Of a stretch of 64,000 nt of DNA, positions 1 to 15,907 are shown one piece after another. This stretch comes from the human T2T-CHM13v2.0 reference genome, Homo sapiens. Each line of letters begins with the position of its first letter. Positions within the stretch are counted from its first letter, which is position 1. Position numbers and translations under genes: made by a program. The notes under the pieces were generated by a model. That model saw only the letters and a list, made by a program, of their open reading frames with translations. It made no database searches and was not told the DNA's origin. Location of the stretch: NCBI RefSeq assembly GCF_009914755.1, contig NC_060931.1; one strand, given 5' to 3'.

Positions 1-3000
1 GCAGAATACGTATTCTTCTCAAGCCCACAGGAAACATTCACCAAGATAGATTACATTTTGGCTAATAAAACACAGCTGAACAATTTAAGAGAATATAAAT
101 CGAACAATTTCTGTTCTCAGATTAAAAGGGATTTGACCTAGAAATCAATAACAAAAAGATATCTGAAAAATTCCAAAATACCTAGATGTTAAACAACAAA
201 TTTCTAAATAATACCCAGGTCGAAAAAATAAATCTCATCAGATTTTTTAAAAAATTTGAACTAAATAAAAATCAAACTACAGGTCATCAAAATATGTGGC
301 CAGCAGCAGTGGCTCACGCCTATAATTCCAACACTTTGGGAAACCAAAGGGGGAGGATCACTTGAGGCCAAGAATTTGGGACCAGCCTTGGTAATATAGC
401 AAGACCTTATCTCTACAAAATAATAAAAAATAAAAAATATTAGCTGAGTGTGGTGGTGCATGCCTATATCCCTATCTACTGTGGAGTCTGAGGTGAGAGG
501 ATAACTTGAGCCCAGGAGTTCTACGTTGCAGTTAGCTATGATTGTATTACTTGCCTTCCAGCCTGGTGACAGAGCAAGACCCTGTCGTTAAATAATAATA
601 ATAATCAATAAAATAAAAATATATTAATTAAAATTTGTAGTCTGCAGCAAAAGCAGTGAGTAGAGGGAAATTTGTAACATTTAGTGCATGTATTTAAAAA
701 GAATAAAGTTACAAAATTAATTATCTAAACTTCTATCTTAGAAAAACAGAAAAAGAACAAATTCATTTCAAAGAAAGCAAAAGAAAATAAATTATAAAAA
801 TTAGAATACAAATAAAGGAATTGGAAACAGTAAATCAACAGAGAAAAACATAAAACCAAAAGCTGATTGTTAAAAACATCAACTAAACCAGTAAGTCTCT
901 AGCAAGGCTAAATAAGAGAAAAAGAGAGATGAAACAAACTACTCATATAAGGAATGAAAGAGGGGACATAACTACAGATTACATGAACATTGAAAGGATA
1001 ATAAAGGAATACTAGGAGCAACTTCTTATCCACCAATTTACCTATTGGATAATATAGATAATACAGACCAATTCCTTGAAAGACACAATCTGCCAAAATT
1101 TACATGAGAAGAAATAAGCAATCTGAATAGGTCTATAGCAATTCAATAAATTCATAAATAATTCATAACCTTTGTAAAACTGGAAGCAGAGGGCCCAGAT
1201 GGGTTCACTGGTAAATCCTATCTGACATTTTAAGGAAGAAATTTTACCAGTTCTCTGTGATCTCTTTCAGAAGATAGAGGCAGAGAAAATGCTTTCTAAA
1301 TCATACTATGACCCAAACTTACTCTTAAAAAGAAAACAGACAGAGACATTGCAGGAAAACTATACACCAATATCTCTCATGAACATAGATGTAAAAATCA
1401 ACAAGATATAAGCAAATCACATTCAACAATGTGTACAATTAATTATACACCATGACCAAATAGGATTTATCGCAAGTATGCAAAGCTGGTTCAGCATCCA
1501 AAATTCAATTAATGTAATCTATCACATCAACAGGGTAAGAAAGAAAAATCACAGAATTCTATCAATAGATATACAAAATTTATTTTGCAAAATCTAACAC
1601 TCATCAAAAACTCTTAGTACACTAGAAATGGGGGGAACTTCCTCACCTTGGTAAATAATATGTACAAAACAAAACAAAACAAACAAACAAAAAAACCTAC
1701 AGCTAACATCACACTTAATGGTGAGTTTTCCCACGAAGAGATCAAGAATAAGGCAAAGTTATCTCCTTTCACTACTCCTTTTCAGTCCTATACTATAGTT
1801 TTAACTAATTCAATAAGACAAGAAAAGGAAATAAGTATACTAATAGAGAAAGAAGAAATTAAAATTGTCTTTTTTTCACAGATGAGATTATTGTCTATGT
1901 AAAAAACCTGAAAGAAATGACAAAAAAACACCTAGAAATAGTAAGCAAATATAGCAAGGTTGCAGAATGAAAATTTAATATACAAAAGTCAATCACTTTT
2001 CCATATATCAGCAAGGTACAAATGTAACTAGAAGTTTAAAACAATACATTAGCACCTCCCAAAATGAAATAGGCACAAATATACCAAAATGTGACTAAGA
2101 TTTACATGAAAATAAACAACACTCTGATGAAAGAAATCAAAGAACTAAATGAATACAGATATTATATGTTCAAGTACAAAAAGACTCAATATTGTTAAGA
2201 TATTAGTTTTTTTCTCACTTGTTATATAGATTCAATGCAATCCCAACCAACATCTCAGTAAGTTATTTTACGTATGTCAACAACTGTTACAGATATTTTG
2301 ATACAGATATCAAACAAACATCATAAATTTTAAATGAAGGGCAAAAGGCCAAGAATAGCTAACAAAATATTGAAAGAGTAACAATTGTGGATGACTAACA
2401 TTGCTTGACTTCAAGACTGACTACAAAGCTGTAGAAATCAAGACAATGCTGTATCGATGAAAAAATAGAGAAATAAATAAATGGAACAGAATAGAAAGCC
2501 CAGAAACAATAAATTCACATACATGTAACCAACTGATATTTGAAAAAAGAACAAAAGGCAGTACAATGAAACAAATATAGTTTTTTCAACAGATGATGCT
2601 GTAACAACTCAACATCCACAGGCAAGCAAAAAAAAAAAGAAAAAGAAAAAAAAGGATCTACGCACAAACCTTGCATCCTTCACAACACAAAATGAATCAC
2701 AGTCCTAAGCATAAATGCAAAACTATAAAACTCTTCAAAGATAACATAGGAGAAAATCTAGATGACCTTGGCTGTTTGGCAATGACATTTTAGATTCCAT
2801 ATCAAAGGCTAGATCTATAAAAGAAAAAATTGAAAAGCTGGACTTCCTTAAAATTAAAAATTTCTGCTCTGAGAAAGACACTGTCAACAAAATTCAAAGT
2901 TATGCAACAAACTGGGAGAAACTATTTGAAAGAGACATACCTAATAAAGGACAGTTAGCCAAATATACAAAGAAATCTTAAAATTCAATGAAAAGAAAAC

Positions 3001-3990
3001 AACCTGATTACAAAGTAGGTCAAAGACTTTAACAGACACCTCACCAAAGAAGACATACAGATGGCAAATAAACATATGAAAAGGTGATCCTCATTGTATA
3101 TCATCAAGAAAATGAAAATTAAAATGACAGTGAGATATCACTGCTAGAATGGCCCAAATCCAGAACACTAAGAACACAAACGGTGGCAAGGATGTGGAAC
3201 AACAGCATCATTCATTCCTGCTGGTGGAAATGCAAAATGACAGCAACTTTGGAAGATGATTTGACAGTTTCTTACAAAACTAAATATACTCTTACCACAT
3301 GATCCAACAATTGAACTTCTTAGTATTTACCCAAGAAGTTGCAAATTTATGTTCATAAAAAAACTTGCACATGAATATATAGCAGCAGTATTCATTATTG
3401 CAAAAACTTGGAAACCATCAAGATGTCCCTCAGTAGGTGAGTGGATAACTGGTACATCCAGATCATGGAATGTTATTTAGTACTAACAAGAAATTAAGTA
3501 TCAATCCTTGAAAATACATGGAGGAACTTTAAATGCATGTCACTAAGTAAAATAAGCCAATCTGAAAACACTACATACTATATGATTCTAAGTATATGAT
3601 ATTCTGGAAAAAGTAAAACTGTGGAGACACTGGAAAGATCAGTGATTACCAGAGGTTGGCGGGGCAGGGGGCAGCGGTGCAGGGAGAAGGTTAACTAGAT
3701 GAGCACAGAAAAATTTTAATGCTATCTTGTGATAGTCTTATGGCAGATATATGTCCTAGACATAGAATATACAATGCTAAAAGTGAACCACAATATAATC
3801 TATGGACTTCAGATAATAATGATAGGTTCATCAATGTAGATTCATTGACTGTAGTAAATGCACCAGTTTGGTGGCAGATGATGATTGTGTGGGAGACTAT
3901 GCATGTGTGCAGACAGGCTGTAAATGGGAAATGTCTGTGTCTTCTGCTCAATTTTGTTGTGAATCTAAAACTTCTCTAAAAAATAAAATC
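1..3990 (+). mobile_element. Ancient LINE-1 (L1MC-type), degenerate ORF2 plus 3' UTR, continuing off the left edge
   Basis: Collinear L1 ORF2-like sequence from the endonuclease region (acattcaccaagataga) through RT to an L1MC-like 3' end (gggagactatgcatgtgtg...aattttgttgtgaatctaaaac...aaaaaataaaatc); many stops and frameshifts. Confidence 0.85.
298..626 (+). mobile_element. AluJ-type SINE inserted in the old L1
   Basis: Dimeric Alu with ggatcacttgag/gagcccaggagtt J-type motifs; degenerate TSD atcaaaatatgt (286-297) / attaaaatttgt (627-638). Confidence 0.9.
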
Positions 3991-4035
3991 AATTAAATAA
4001 AAAGAAATGGAAAGATACATCAAATACTGAAGACC

Positions 4036-4980
<945 letters not shown>

Positions 4981-5089
4981 ATAGTTTTGCCCATCAGGGA
5001 AGGAGGGAACAAGGTAAAGAGGATAAAGATGGAATATTGATAATTCTAAATGTATTTTGTTTTGCTATTTTTGTGTGGTTTTACTTATT

Positions 5090-7880
<2,791 letters not shown>

Positions 7881-7939
7881 GCCTTTGCTTATTCTCATTT
7901 GGGTGCCCTTTGTTTACATCCACACTAGATATCAGGGTA

Positions 7940-8890
7940 ATGTAGATTAACACTGTAATGAGATACCACAATAGACATACTTAAATGGTAAAGTTAAATC
8001 ACTAATCACTAACAAAGCCTTAGTGAGAATGCAGAGCAGTGGTTCTCAACTGGTGGTGATTTTTGCACTTGGTGAACGTTTGATAATGTCTTGAGATATT
8101 TTGGTAATCACAAATGGAGGGGAGAAGTGTGCTCCTGGCATCTAGTGGGAGAAGAGGCCAAGGATACTATTCAGCATATAAAATGCACAAGAAAGTCCCT
8201 CACAACAAAGAATTATTCATTCCAAGATGTCATAGCGCTATTGTCGAGAAATCCTGATGCAGAGAAAATTGAAACTTCAAAGACTGCTAGTAGGAATGCA
8301 AAATGATATATGCATATTGAAAAACATTTTGGCAGTATCTTACAAAGTTAAATTTGCATATACCATATAACCCAGCTATTTCGTTTGTAAATGTTTACCC
8401 AGAAGAAATGAAAATATATGTTCACACGAAGACCTGCAGGAGTATATTTATAGAGCAGTATTATTTATAATAATTAGTACACTAGAAACAACATGACAAA
8501 TAAATATACAAATTTTGGTATCCTTACTGTGGAATTCTACTTAGCAGTGAAAAGGAGTACGATGTAAATATATTCACAGCATGACGAATCGTAACATTGA
8601 ATTAAGTAAAAGGAGTCAACACAAATGATTTTACAGCGTTGATCCCATTTGTAAGAAATTCTAGAAAGGCAAATCTATAAAGGCAGAAGTCAGATGTGTG
8701 GTTGCCTGGAGGCATAATCAGGAAAATGCTTGAATGCCAAAGGCAGAATCTTTAGAGGGTAAGGGAACTATTCTGTACCTTAATTGTAATGATGGTTAAA
8801 TATACGCAATTACTAAAACTCATCCAACTATATACCTAAAATGAGTGAATTCTATTGTAAAAAATTTCTGCCTATAAATCTATTAAAAAT
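7940..8890 (+). mobile_element. Ancient L1M 3' end fragment
   Basis: L1 ORF2 end and 3' UTR-like motifs (taccatataacccagc, tttacccagaagaaatgaaaatatatgttcacac). Confidence 0.7.
8037..8256 (+). mobile_element. MER20 (hAT-Charlie MITE)
   Basis: cagtggttctcaa...tggcatctagtggg...gagaaatcctg; perfect 8-bp TSD atgcagag at 8029-8036 and 8257-8264, as expected for hAT. Confidence 0.92.
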
Positions 8891-8989
8891 TTAAAAATAG
8901 AAACTAGAAAATAGAAAGTGCTATTTGGCTTTGATTCACTAATTGTGTTGAATGTATGCAGAGAAGTCATAAAATATCAATGAAAACAA

Positions 8990-9500
8990 AAGGAGGTCAT
9001 TGATGATCTGATTCTATCAAGAGCAGTTTGAAAACTGTTAGTACCAAAACTCAGAATTCAGTGGGCTTTGCAAAAATGGGCAGTAAGGACACAAACAATA
9101 AATACATATTACATTTTTAAGAAATTGAATTGAATGAAGAGGAGAGATAGCATGATACCAAAAGCAAGAACAAAAGCTAAAGTGAGACTTGTATCATAGA
9201 AGAGACTAAGAGGGCTGATGAAGATGCAAAAGAGAAAGCCTGATGCCAAGGGAATGAGGTTGAAAGCTTAATCAGGGTGGTTGTCCTTAGTCAAAATAAA
9301 GGATGCTCCCTCATGCAGACTAGAAAAAAAGGAAATTAAGACCAATTTGATTGTATATACATTTGTGGGGAAAACAGGAAGCTGAGAGAGATGGTGGTTT
9401 TCTTGATTTTCTCAGTAAGCAGGAAAAAGATAAACTTGCTTAGAGTAGGGAAGAATGTGGGCCTCCAGGGGGTAAGTAAAACTTTATAGTCAAAAGGGAA
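8990..9500 (-). mobile_element. Degenerate L2 remnant
   Basis: Purine-rich stretch with weak resemblance to antisense L2 (gagcagttt...cagaattcagtgggc...aagaaattg). Confidence 0.35.
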
Positions 9501-11243
9501 GGAGCCAGTATGACTATAACTAGTGGAGATTTGTAAAAGGATTGAGGAACAGTGCTGAAGATCTTGATGCTATAGACCATATGTTGCTAGTGGTTCACAT
9601 TTATAAAGTTGACTGATACCTTTAGAAAGTGTATTCTTACAGTTTTAGAGCAGAAAAGTTTAACTTTAGCATTGATCAATTCAAGTTTTGCTTCACAGGT
9701 GTGGTTGAAGGCGGAAGATACTAAGCAATTAAGGATGTTGGTGAGAATATTGTTTTAGAATATTGTTTCACCTAAATTATCAAATTTGCCCAACCCAAGA
9801 CAAGTAGAGAAGAGAGAGTTCAAAAATAACTATTCGACTTCTTAGGGTACCTTATCTCTTAGGTATCCTAAGAGATATACTTCTGCTTCAGTAACACACA
9901 CACACATTCAGGCACTCACATTGTTAAGTCAAAACAGTTTCAAAGGACATCTTCCTAAGCATATGTTAAAGGAGCCCAAATCTGTAAAAACACAGAGTAG
10001 ACAAAATTATTTTTTTCAAAGCTTCTTTATCTCTGGTAGTGTTAGGTTGCTTATATCAAATTACACATTATATAAAATAAAAATAGAAGTGTTTAAAATC
10101 TTATTCTAATACTTAGCCTGATTTCAATTAAAAAAACTCTGAATAAAAATTTGAGAATGATAGATCCCTTAAGATGGTCTATCATCCCACCACTGTGACA
10201 TAATGGTTAATATAATTTGCCTAGTGTCATAATTATAAGTCTTTCATGCGTGACATGTAAAAATATCTGCTAGGAACTGGCAAATATTTTCATATGGTTA
10301 CTTTAGTACTATTTGTACCTCAACAACAATTGAAATTTATAAAATCTGTCAAATCAAGTATTTACTGTTTCATATATATGCAAAAATGGTATAATACACT
10401 TATTTTTAGTTATATAAAATGGTTTGCCAACTTAAATATAAAAATATGCATACAAATAAAATGTGACAATCTTGAAATTCTTATATAACAGACCAAAAAA
10501 GCCTCAAAAGAAGTATTTTTCACATTTTACCGTTTAAGCATTATCCATAGACAATTCACAATTTATTTTTCACTTGACATTATTAAGCCCATAAACATGT
10601 GTATCTGTGAATCTGCCTGTATGTGTGCATGCTTCTTTAGAAAAAATGGCAGATAGAACAATGACTTTGAAGGCACGACTTAGCCATTTATCAGTCTCTG
10701 GAGTTCTAGAAGCCTTGTTTTTATGATGTGTTTCATTTCAGATATTGTGATCCACGACACTGAAACTTTCCAAGTGAAGCTCAAGGTTATTTACAAGAAA
10801 GCATTTATTATTTTAGAAAATAAGCAGTTAAAAAATCCTACACATCAATACAAGCTAGGTTAAGCATCACTTTTGAAGGCAAGGAGAATTGCATTTGTCT
10901 AGGCTGTAAAACCTAAGTTTAGATAAAGAATCCAGCAATAAAGCTGAAAGGAAGAAGGGATAAAAGGGACAGGATATTATTAAAGCTTATCACTCCTTAG
11001 GTCCATACAGTTCAATGACAGTTTCAAAAGGATGTGCTGATAAAGGATTTGCCTGCAGTTTGACACACTGTGCAGGGGTTCCAGTAAGCCTCTTGTGGAA
11101 CAAAGAAAGCTAAGACATTTCTGAAGCTTGAATAGAAGAATGACAGCTCTGAACCCAAGGGGCAGCCTTTCCCTAAGGCTTTATATATATATATGGCTTT
11201 TACTCCATATATATATATACACTGAGAGAGATAGAGCAAAATA

Positions 11244-11271
11244 TATATATAGCTATATATAGCTATATATA
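11244..11271. repeat. Perfect 28-bp AT-rich palindrome within a (TA)n cluster
   Basis: tatatatagctatatatagctatatata equals its own reverse complement. Confidence 0.9.
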
Positions 11272-12157
11272 AATATATATTTTACTGTGCTAATGATAAT
11301 ACCAAAGCTATAACCAAAATTGCTACCTCCTTCCCAGAAATTTATGAGAGCCCATAGTAAAACCTTAAATGTTTAGAAAAATAGCATTGTTTATACTTTA
11401 TCATAGTTCTTATATTTGTTAAATCTTGCTGAGCCATTATCACTGTGAAGACCACTAGGTTAGTACCAATGACAAAATTATGCCAAAAAATAGAGTGTAC
11501 GGGGTTGATTTATTCTACCAAATAAAGCATCTTTAAAATTTAAAGACAATGAAATCCAGCTAAATGTTAGATTACCATCTTGAATATATACAATCTAATA
11601 AACAAAAATACAAATAATAGTTTAAAATTGAGGCAATATTTTACTTGTTTGGTTTACCTAATTATCAACTTACTTATGTAGTTAATGCAAAATGTCCTTT
11701 GCACAGGCCTTAACTTGAATGTGACAGAATAAAGATTCTGAAAATATATCAGATAAATAGTTTTATTTTTTAACTTTTAGGAAGTAAGGGACACTTTTAA
11801 AAATATATAAACATTACACACTATTATTTTATATAACCTGGAAAACATTCACTTCTGAAAATATGAGCAGTTTTATTTCCTTTATCTTTGTAGAAATTAA
11901 GAGATAGTATCAAAAATAAATATATATAAAAATCACAGTTTTACCATATATAATCTGGTAAATATTAAAAGTATAAATTTTCTAAAATAAAAATTTAACC
12001 ACCATGAACACTGCGATATATTTAATTTTATTTATTTACTGCAAATATAGTTAAAATTATTCATGGTATACATTCTGTAACTATTTTTCATTTACATTTT
12101 CATGAAAATGAAGCAAGAACTCCTGAGAAAATCATCAATTACAAATATATGCAGTTT

Positions 12158-13368
12158 CTGGCTAGCCATATGTAGAAAGCTGAAACTGGATGCCTTCCTT
12201 ACACCTTATACAAAAATTAATTCAAGATGGATTAAAGACTTAAACGTTAGACCTAAAACCATAAAAACCCTAGAAGAAAACCTAGGCAATACCATTCAGG
12301 ACATAGGCATTGGTAAAGACCTCATGTCTAAAACACCAGAAGCAATGGCAACAAAAGCCAAAATTCACAAATGGGATCTAATTAAACTAAAGAGCTTCTG
12401 CACAGAAAAAGAAACTACCATCAGAGTGAACAGGCAACCTACAGAATGGGAGAAAATTTTTGCAATTTACTAATCTGACAAAGGGCTAATATCCAGAATC
12501 TACAAAGAACTCAAACAAATTTACAAGAAAAAAACAACCCCATCAAAAAGTGGGTGAAGGATATGAACAGACACTTCTCAAAAGAAGACATTTATGCAGC
12601 CAACAGACTCATGAAAAAATGCTCATCACTGGCCATCAGAGAAATGCAAATCAAAACCACAATGAGATACCATCTCACACCAGTTAGAATGGCGATCATT
12701 AAAAAGTCAGGAAACAACAGGTGCTGGAGAGGATGTGGAGAAATAGGAACACTTTTCCACTGTTGGTGGGACTGTAAACTAGTTCAACCATTGTGGAAGT
12801 CAGTGTGGCGATTCCTCAAGGGTCTAGAACTAGAAATAACCATTTGTTCCAGCCATCTCATCACGGGTACATACCCAAAGGATTATAAATCATGCTGCTA
12901 TAAAGACACATGCACATTTATGTTTATTGTGGCACTATTCACAATAGCAAAGACTTGGAACCAACCCAAATGTCCAACAACGATAGACTGGATTAAGAAA
13001 ATGTGGCACATATACACCATGGAATACTACGTAGCCATAAAAAATGATGAGTTCATGTCCTTTGTAGGGACATGGATGAAGCTAGAAACCATCATTCTCA
13101 ACAAACTATCTCAAGGACAAAAAACCAAACACCTCGTGTTCTCACTCATAAGTGGGAACTGAACAATGAGAACACTTGGACACAGGAAGGGGAACATCAC
13201 ACACCAGGGCCTGTTGTGGGGTTGGGGGAGGAGGAAGGGATAGCATTAGGAGATATACCTAATGTAAATGACGAGTTAATGGGTGCAGCACACCAACATG
13301 GCACATGTACACATATGTAACAAACCAGCACGTTGTGCACATGTACCCTAGAACTTACAGTATAATAA
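12158..13368 (+). mobile_element. 5'-truncated primate L1 (L1PA5/6-like)
   Basis: ORF2 C-terminal peptides ([29 protein letters not shown]); 3' UTR aatgtaaatgacgagttaatg; TSD atatatgcagtttc on both sides. Confidence 0.95.
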
Positions 13369-13399
13369 ATATATATATATATGCAGTTTCCTGTGTTCA

Positions 13400-14385
13400 A
13401 TTTTATTTATTTTAAATTAACAAATAAAATTGTACATATTTACCATACATAGCATAATATTTGAAGTATATATACATTAGGGAATGCCCAAATCTAGCTA
13501 ATTAACATAAGCATACCTCATATAGTTATTATTTTTGTGGTGAAAAAACTTTCTATCCACACTCAGCATTTTTCAACAATACTATAATGCTAACTATAGT
13601 CACCATGTTTTGCAATAGATTTCTTGAAGTTATTGATCCTATCTAGCTGAAATTTTGTGACCTTTGACAAACGTCTCCCCAACAGCCTCTGCCCACCCAC
13701 CATCCTAGTCCCTGATAACTACCATCCTATCCTCTACTTACATGAGGTCTTTTTTTATTTTTGTAAATTTCACATATGAATGATATGCAGTGTTTGTCTT
13801 TCTGTACTGGGCTTATTTCACTTAGCATATGTCCTTCAAGTTCACCCATGTTGCTGCAAATGACAGGGTTTACTTTATTTTTATGGCTGCATAGTATTTT
13901 ATTGTGTATATATACCAATTTTCTCTATCCATTCATCTGTTGTTGGATACTTAGGTTGATTCCACATCTTGGTGATTGTGAATAAGGCTGTGATAAACAT
14001 CAGCATGCAGATATTTCTTCCACATACTGGTTTCATTTTCTTTGGATAAATATTCAGTAGGGGGATCATATGGTAGTTCTATTTAATTTTTAGAGAAACC
14101 TCCATATTGTTTTTATAATGGCTGTACTAATTTACACTTCCACCAATGGTATGTGAGGTTTCCCTTTCCTCTATATCCTACCCAACACAGTATATTCTAT
14201 CTTTTTTATATTAGCCATTCTAAATATGAGATGATATCCCATTGTGGTTTAAATGTGCATTTGCCTGTGATGTTGAGCAATTTTGTGTATACTTGTTTTT
14301 TTTTTTTTTTTGCCTTCTTTTGAGAAACGTCTATTCAGGTCGATTGCCCATTTTTTAATTGGGTCATTTGCTTTCTTGATATATA
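13400..14385 (-). mobile_element. L1MA-type 3' end (non-inverted part of a 5'-inverted insertion)
   Basis: Antisense L1MA 3' UTR (aacaaataaaattgtacatattt...gtcaccatg...aatagat) running back into ORF2. Confidence 0.8.
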
Positions 14386-14396
14386 AGACTCAAAAT

Positions 14397-14745
14397 ACTA
14401 TGCAGCCATAAAAAAGGATGAGTTTATGTCCTTTGCAGGGACATGGATGAAGCTGGAAACCATCGTTCTCAGCAAACTAACACAGGGACAGAAAACCAAA
14501 TACCTCATATTCTCACTCATAAGTGGGAGTTGATCAATGAGAACACATGGACACAGGGAGGGGAACATCACACACAGGGGCCTGTCCGAGGGTGCAGGAC
14601 TAGAGGATGGATAGCACTGGGAGAAATACCTAATATAGATGATGGGTTGATGGGTGCAGCAAACCACCAAGGCACGTGTATACAAATGTAACAAACCTGC
14701 ACGTTCTGCACATTTACCCCAGAATTTAAAGTATAATTTTTAAAA
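14397..14745 (+). mobile_element. Short 5'-truncated L1PA7-like copy
   Basis: 3' UTR with gatgatgggttgatgggtgcagcaaaccacc; actcaaaat repeated at 14388-14396 and 14751-14759 (likely TSD). Confidence 0.88.
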
Positions 14746-15042
14746 AATCAACTCAAAATGGATTTAAGACATAAATGTAAAACCTGAAACTGAAACTACT
14801 AGAAGAAAACCTATGAGGGAAGCTCCATGGCATTGGTCTGGGCAGTGACTTTTGGATATGACCTTAAAAGCATAGGCAACAAAAGTAAAAATGGACAAAT
14901 GGGATTATATCAAAATAAAAATCTTCTGCACAGAAAATGAAACAATCAGTGGAATGAACAGATAACTTACAGAATAGGAGAAAATATTTGCAAACTGTAC
15001 ATCTAATAAGGGTTAATATCCAAAATATATAAGGAACTGAAA
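14746..15042 (+). mobile_element. L1MA ORF2 segment (inverted 5' part of the 13400-14385 element)
   Basis: ORF2 sequence ending at tataaggaactga, which in L1 directly precedes the point where the antisense segment begins (caagaaagcaaatgacccaatt). Confidence 0.7.
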
Positions 15043-15356
15043 TATACATGTTTTCATGAAAAAAATTTATTAAGCCATCCAAAAACTGTGTAGGTTTTAG
15101 GGAGCTAGAATGTGTTTGGAATGAATTTTTAAACTTAAAAGTAGTAGATGAAGCAAGTAAAACATTGCATTTATTAAGAGTATAGATAATAAAAATGAAA
15201 ATGAGTCTTCTTCCTCACCACAGAACCACAATAATCTACCCAAGACACAACACTTTCATTGGTTTCTTTTATACCCTTCTGGAAATTTTGTATCTTTGTA
15301 AACAAAAAAAAAAAAAAACTCTCCCCCTGTCTTTTTTTATCTTCCTCTCTGTATAC

Positions 15357-15398
15357 GTGACTTAAGTGACTGCTTAAGTGACTTGCTTAAGTGACTGC
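15357..15398. repeat. Short tandem repeat, unit approximately cttaagtgactg, ~3 copies
   Basis: gtga-cttaagtgactg-cttaagtgacttg-cttaagtgactg-c. Confidence 0.85.
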
Positions 15399-15907
15399 AA
15401 ATATATTTATCTACATGCTTAGTAAGCATATATATGTGCTTGGTAACGTTTTCTTATCTGCAGATATGTATCTAAAGCCATTAATCTTAACAGTTGTAAA
15501 AGTTGTAAAGGGATTTAGGATACTTAACCAAAGTTTATTTAACTTGTTATTTTTGAACTTGAGTTTATTTCAGAAATTTATTTTTAAAACAAGGTTATAA
15601 CATATTAATGTACTTAGAACTCTATAGAAATGTGTGATATTTGGAAATATTCCTAGAGGTAGAGATGCTGATAAAACAAGTAGGCTTTTTAAGTTTGGTA
15701 GCTGTTGCTAAATAGCTTTCTAAACAAGTTACTCGAATTCATATTTTCACTAATAATGCCTCAATAGCCTGTCAATCCATGTTCTTGTACACTCTGTACA
15801 TTATCAAAATATGTGACTGTTTTCAAAATAATAGGTTAAAAGAATGGACTGTTAACTTTGATTTAGCCTGCATTACTTTACCTATGAGTGTGCCTGATCT
15901 TCAATAT

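Noticed and set aside
10730-10792. Possible 44-nt plus-strand exon (tttcatttcag...caag/gttatt)
   Set aside because: Weak donor, no recognisable peptide and no supporting neighbouring exons
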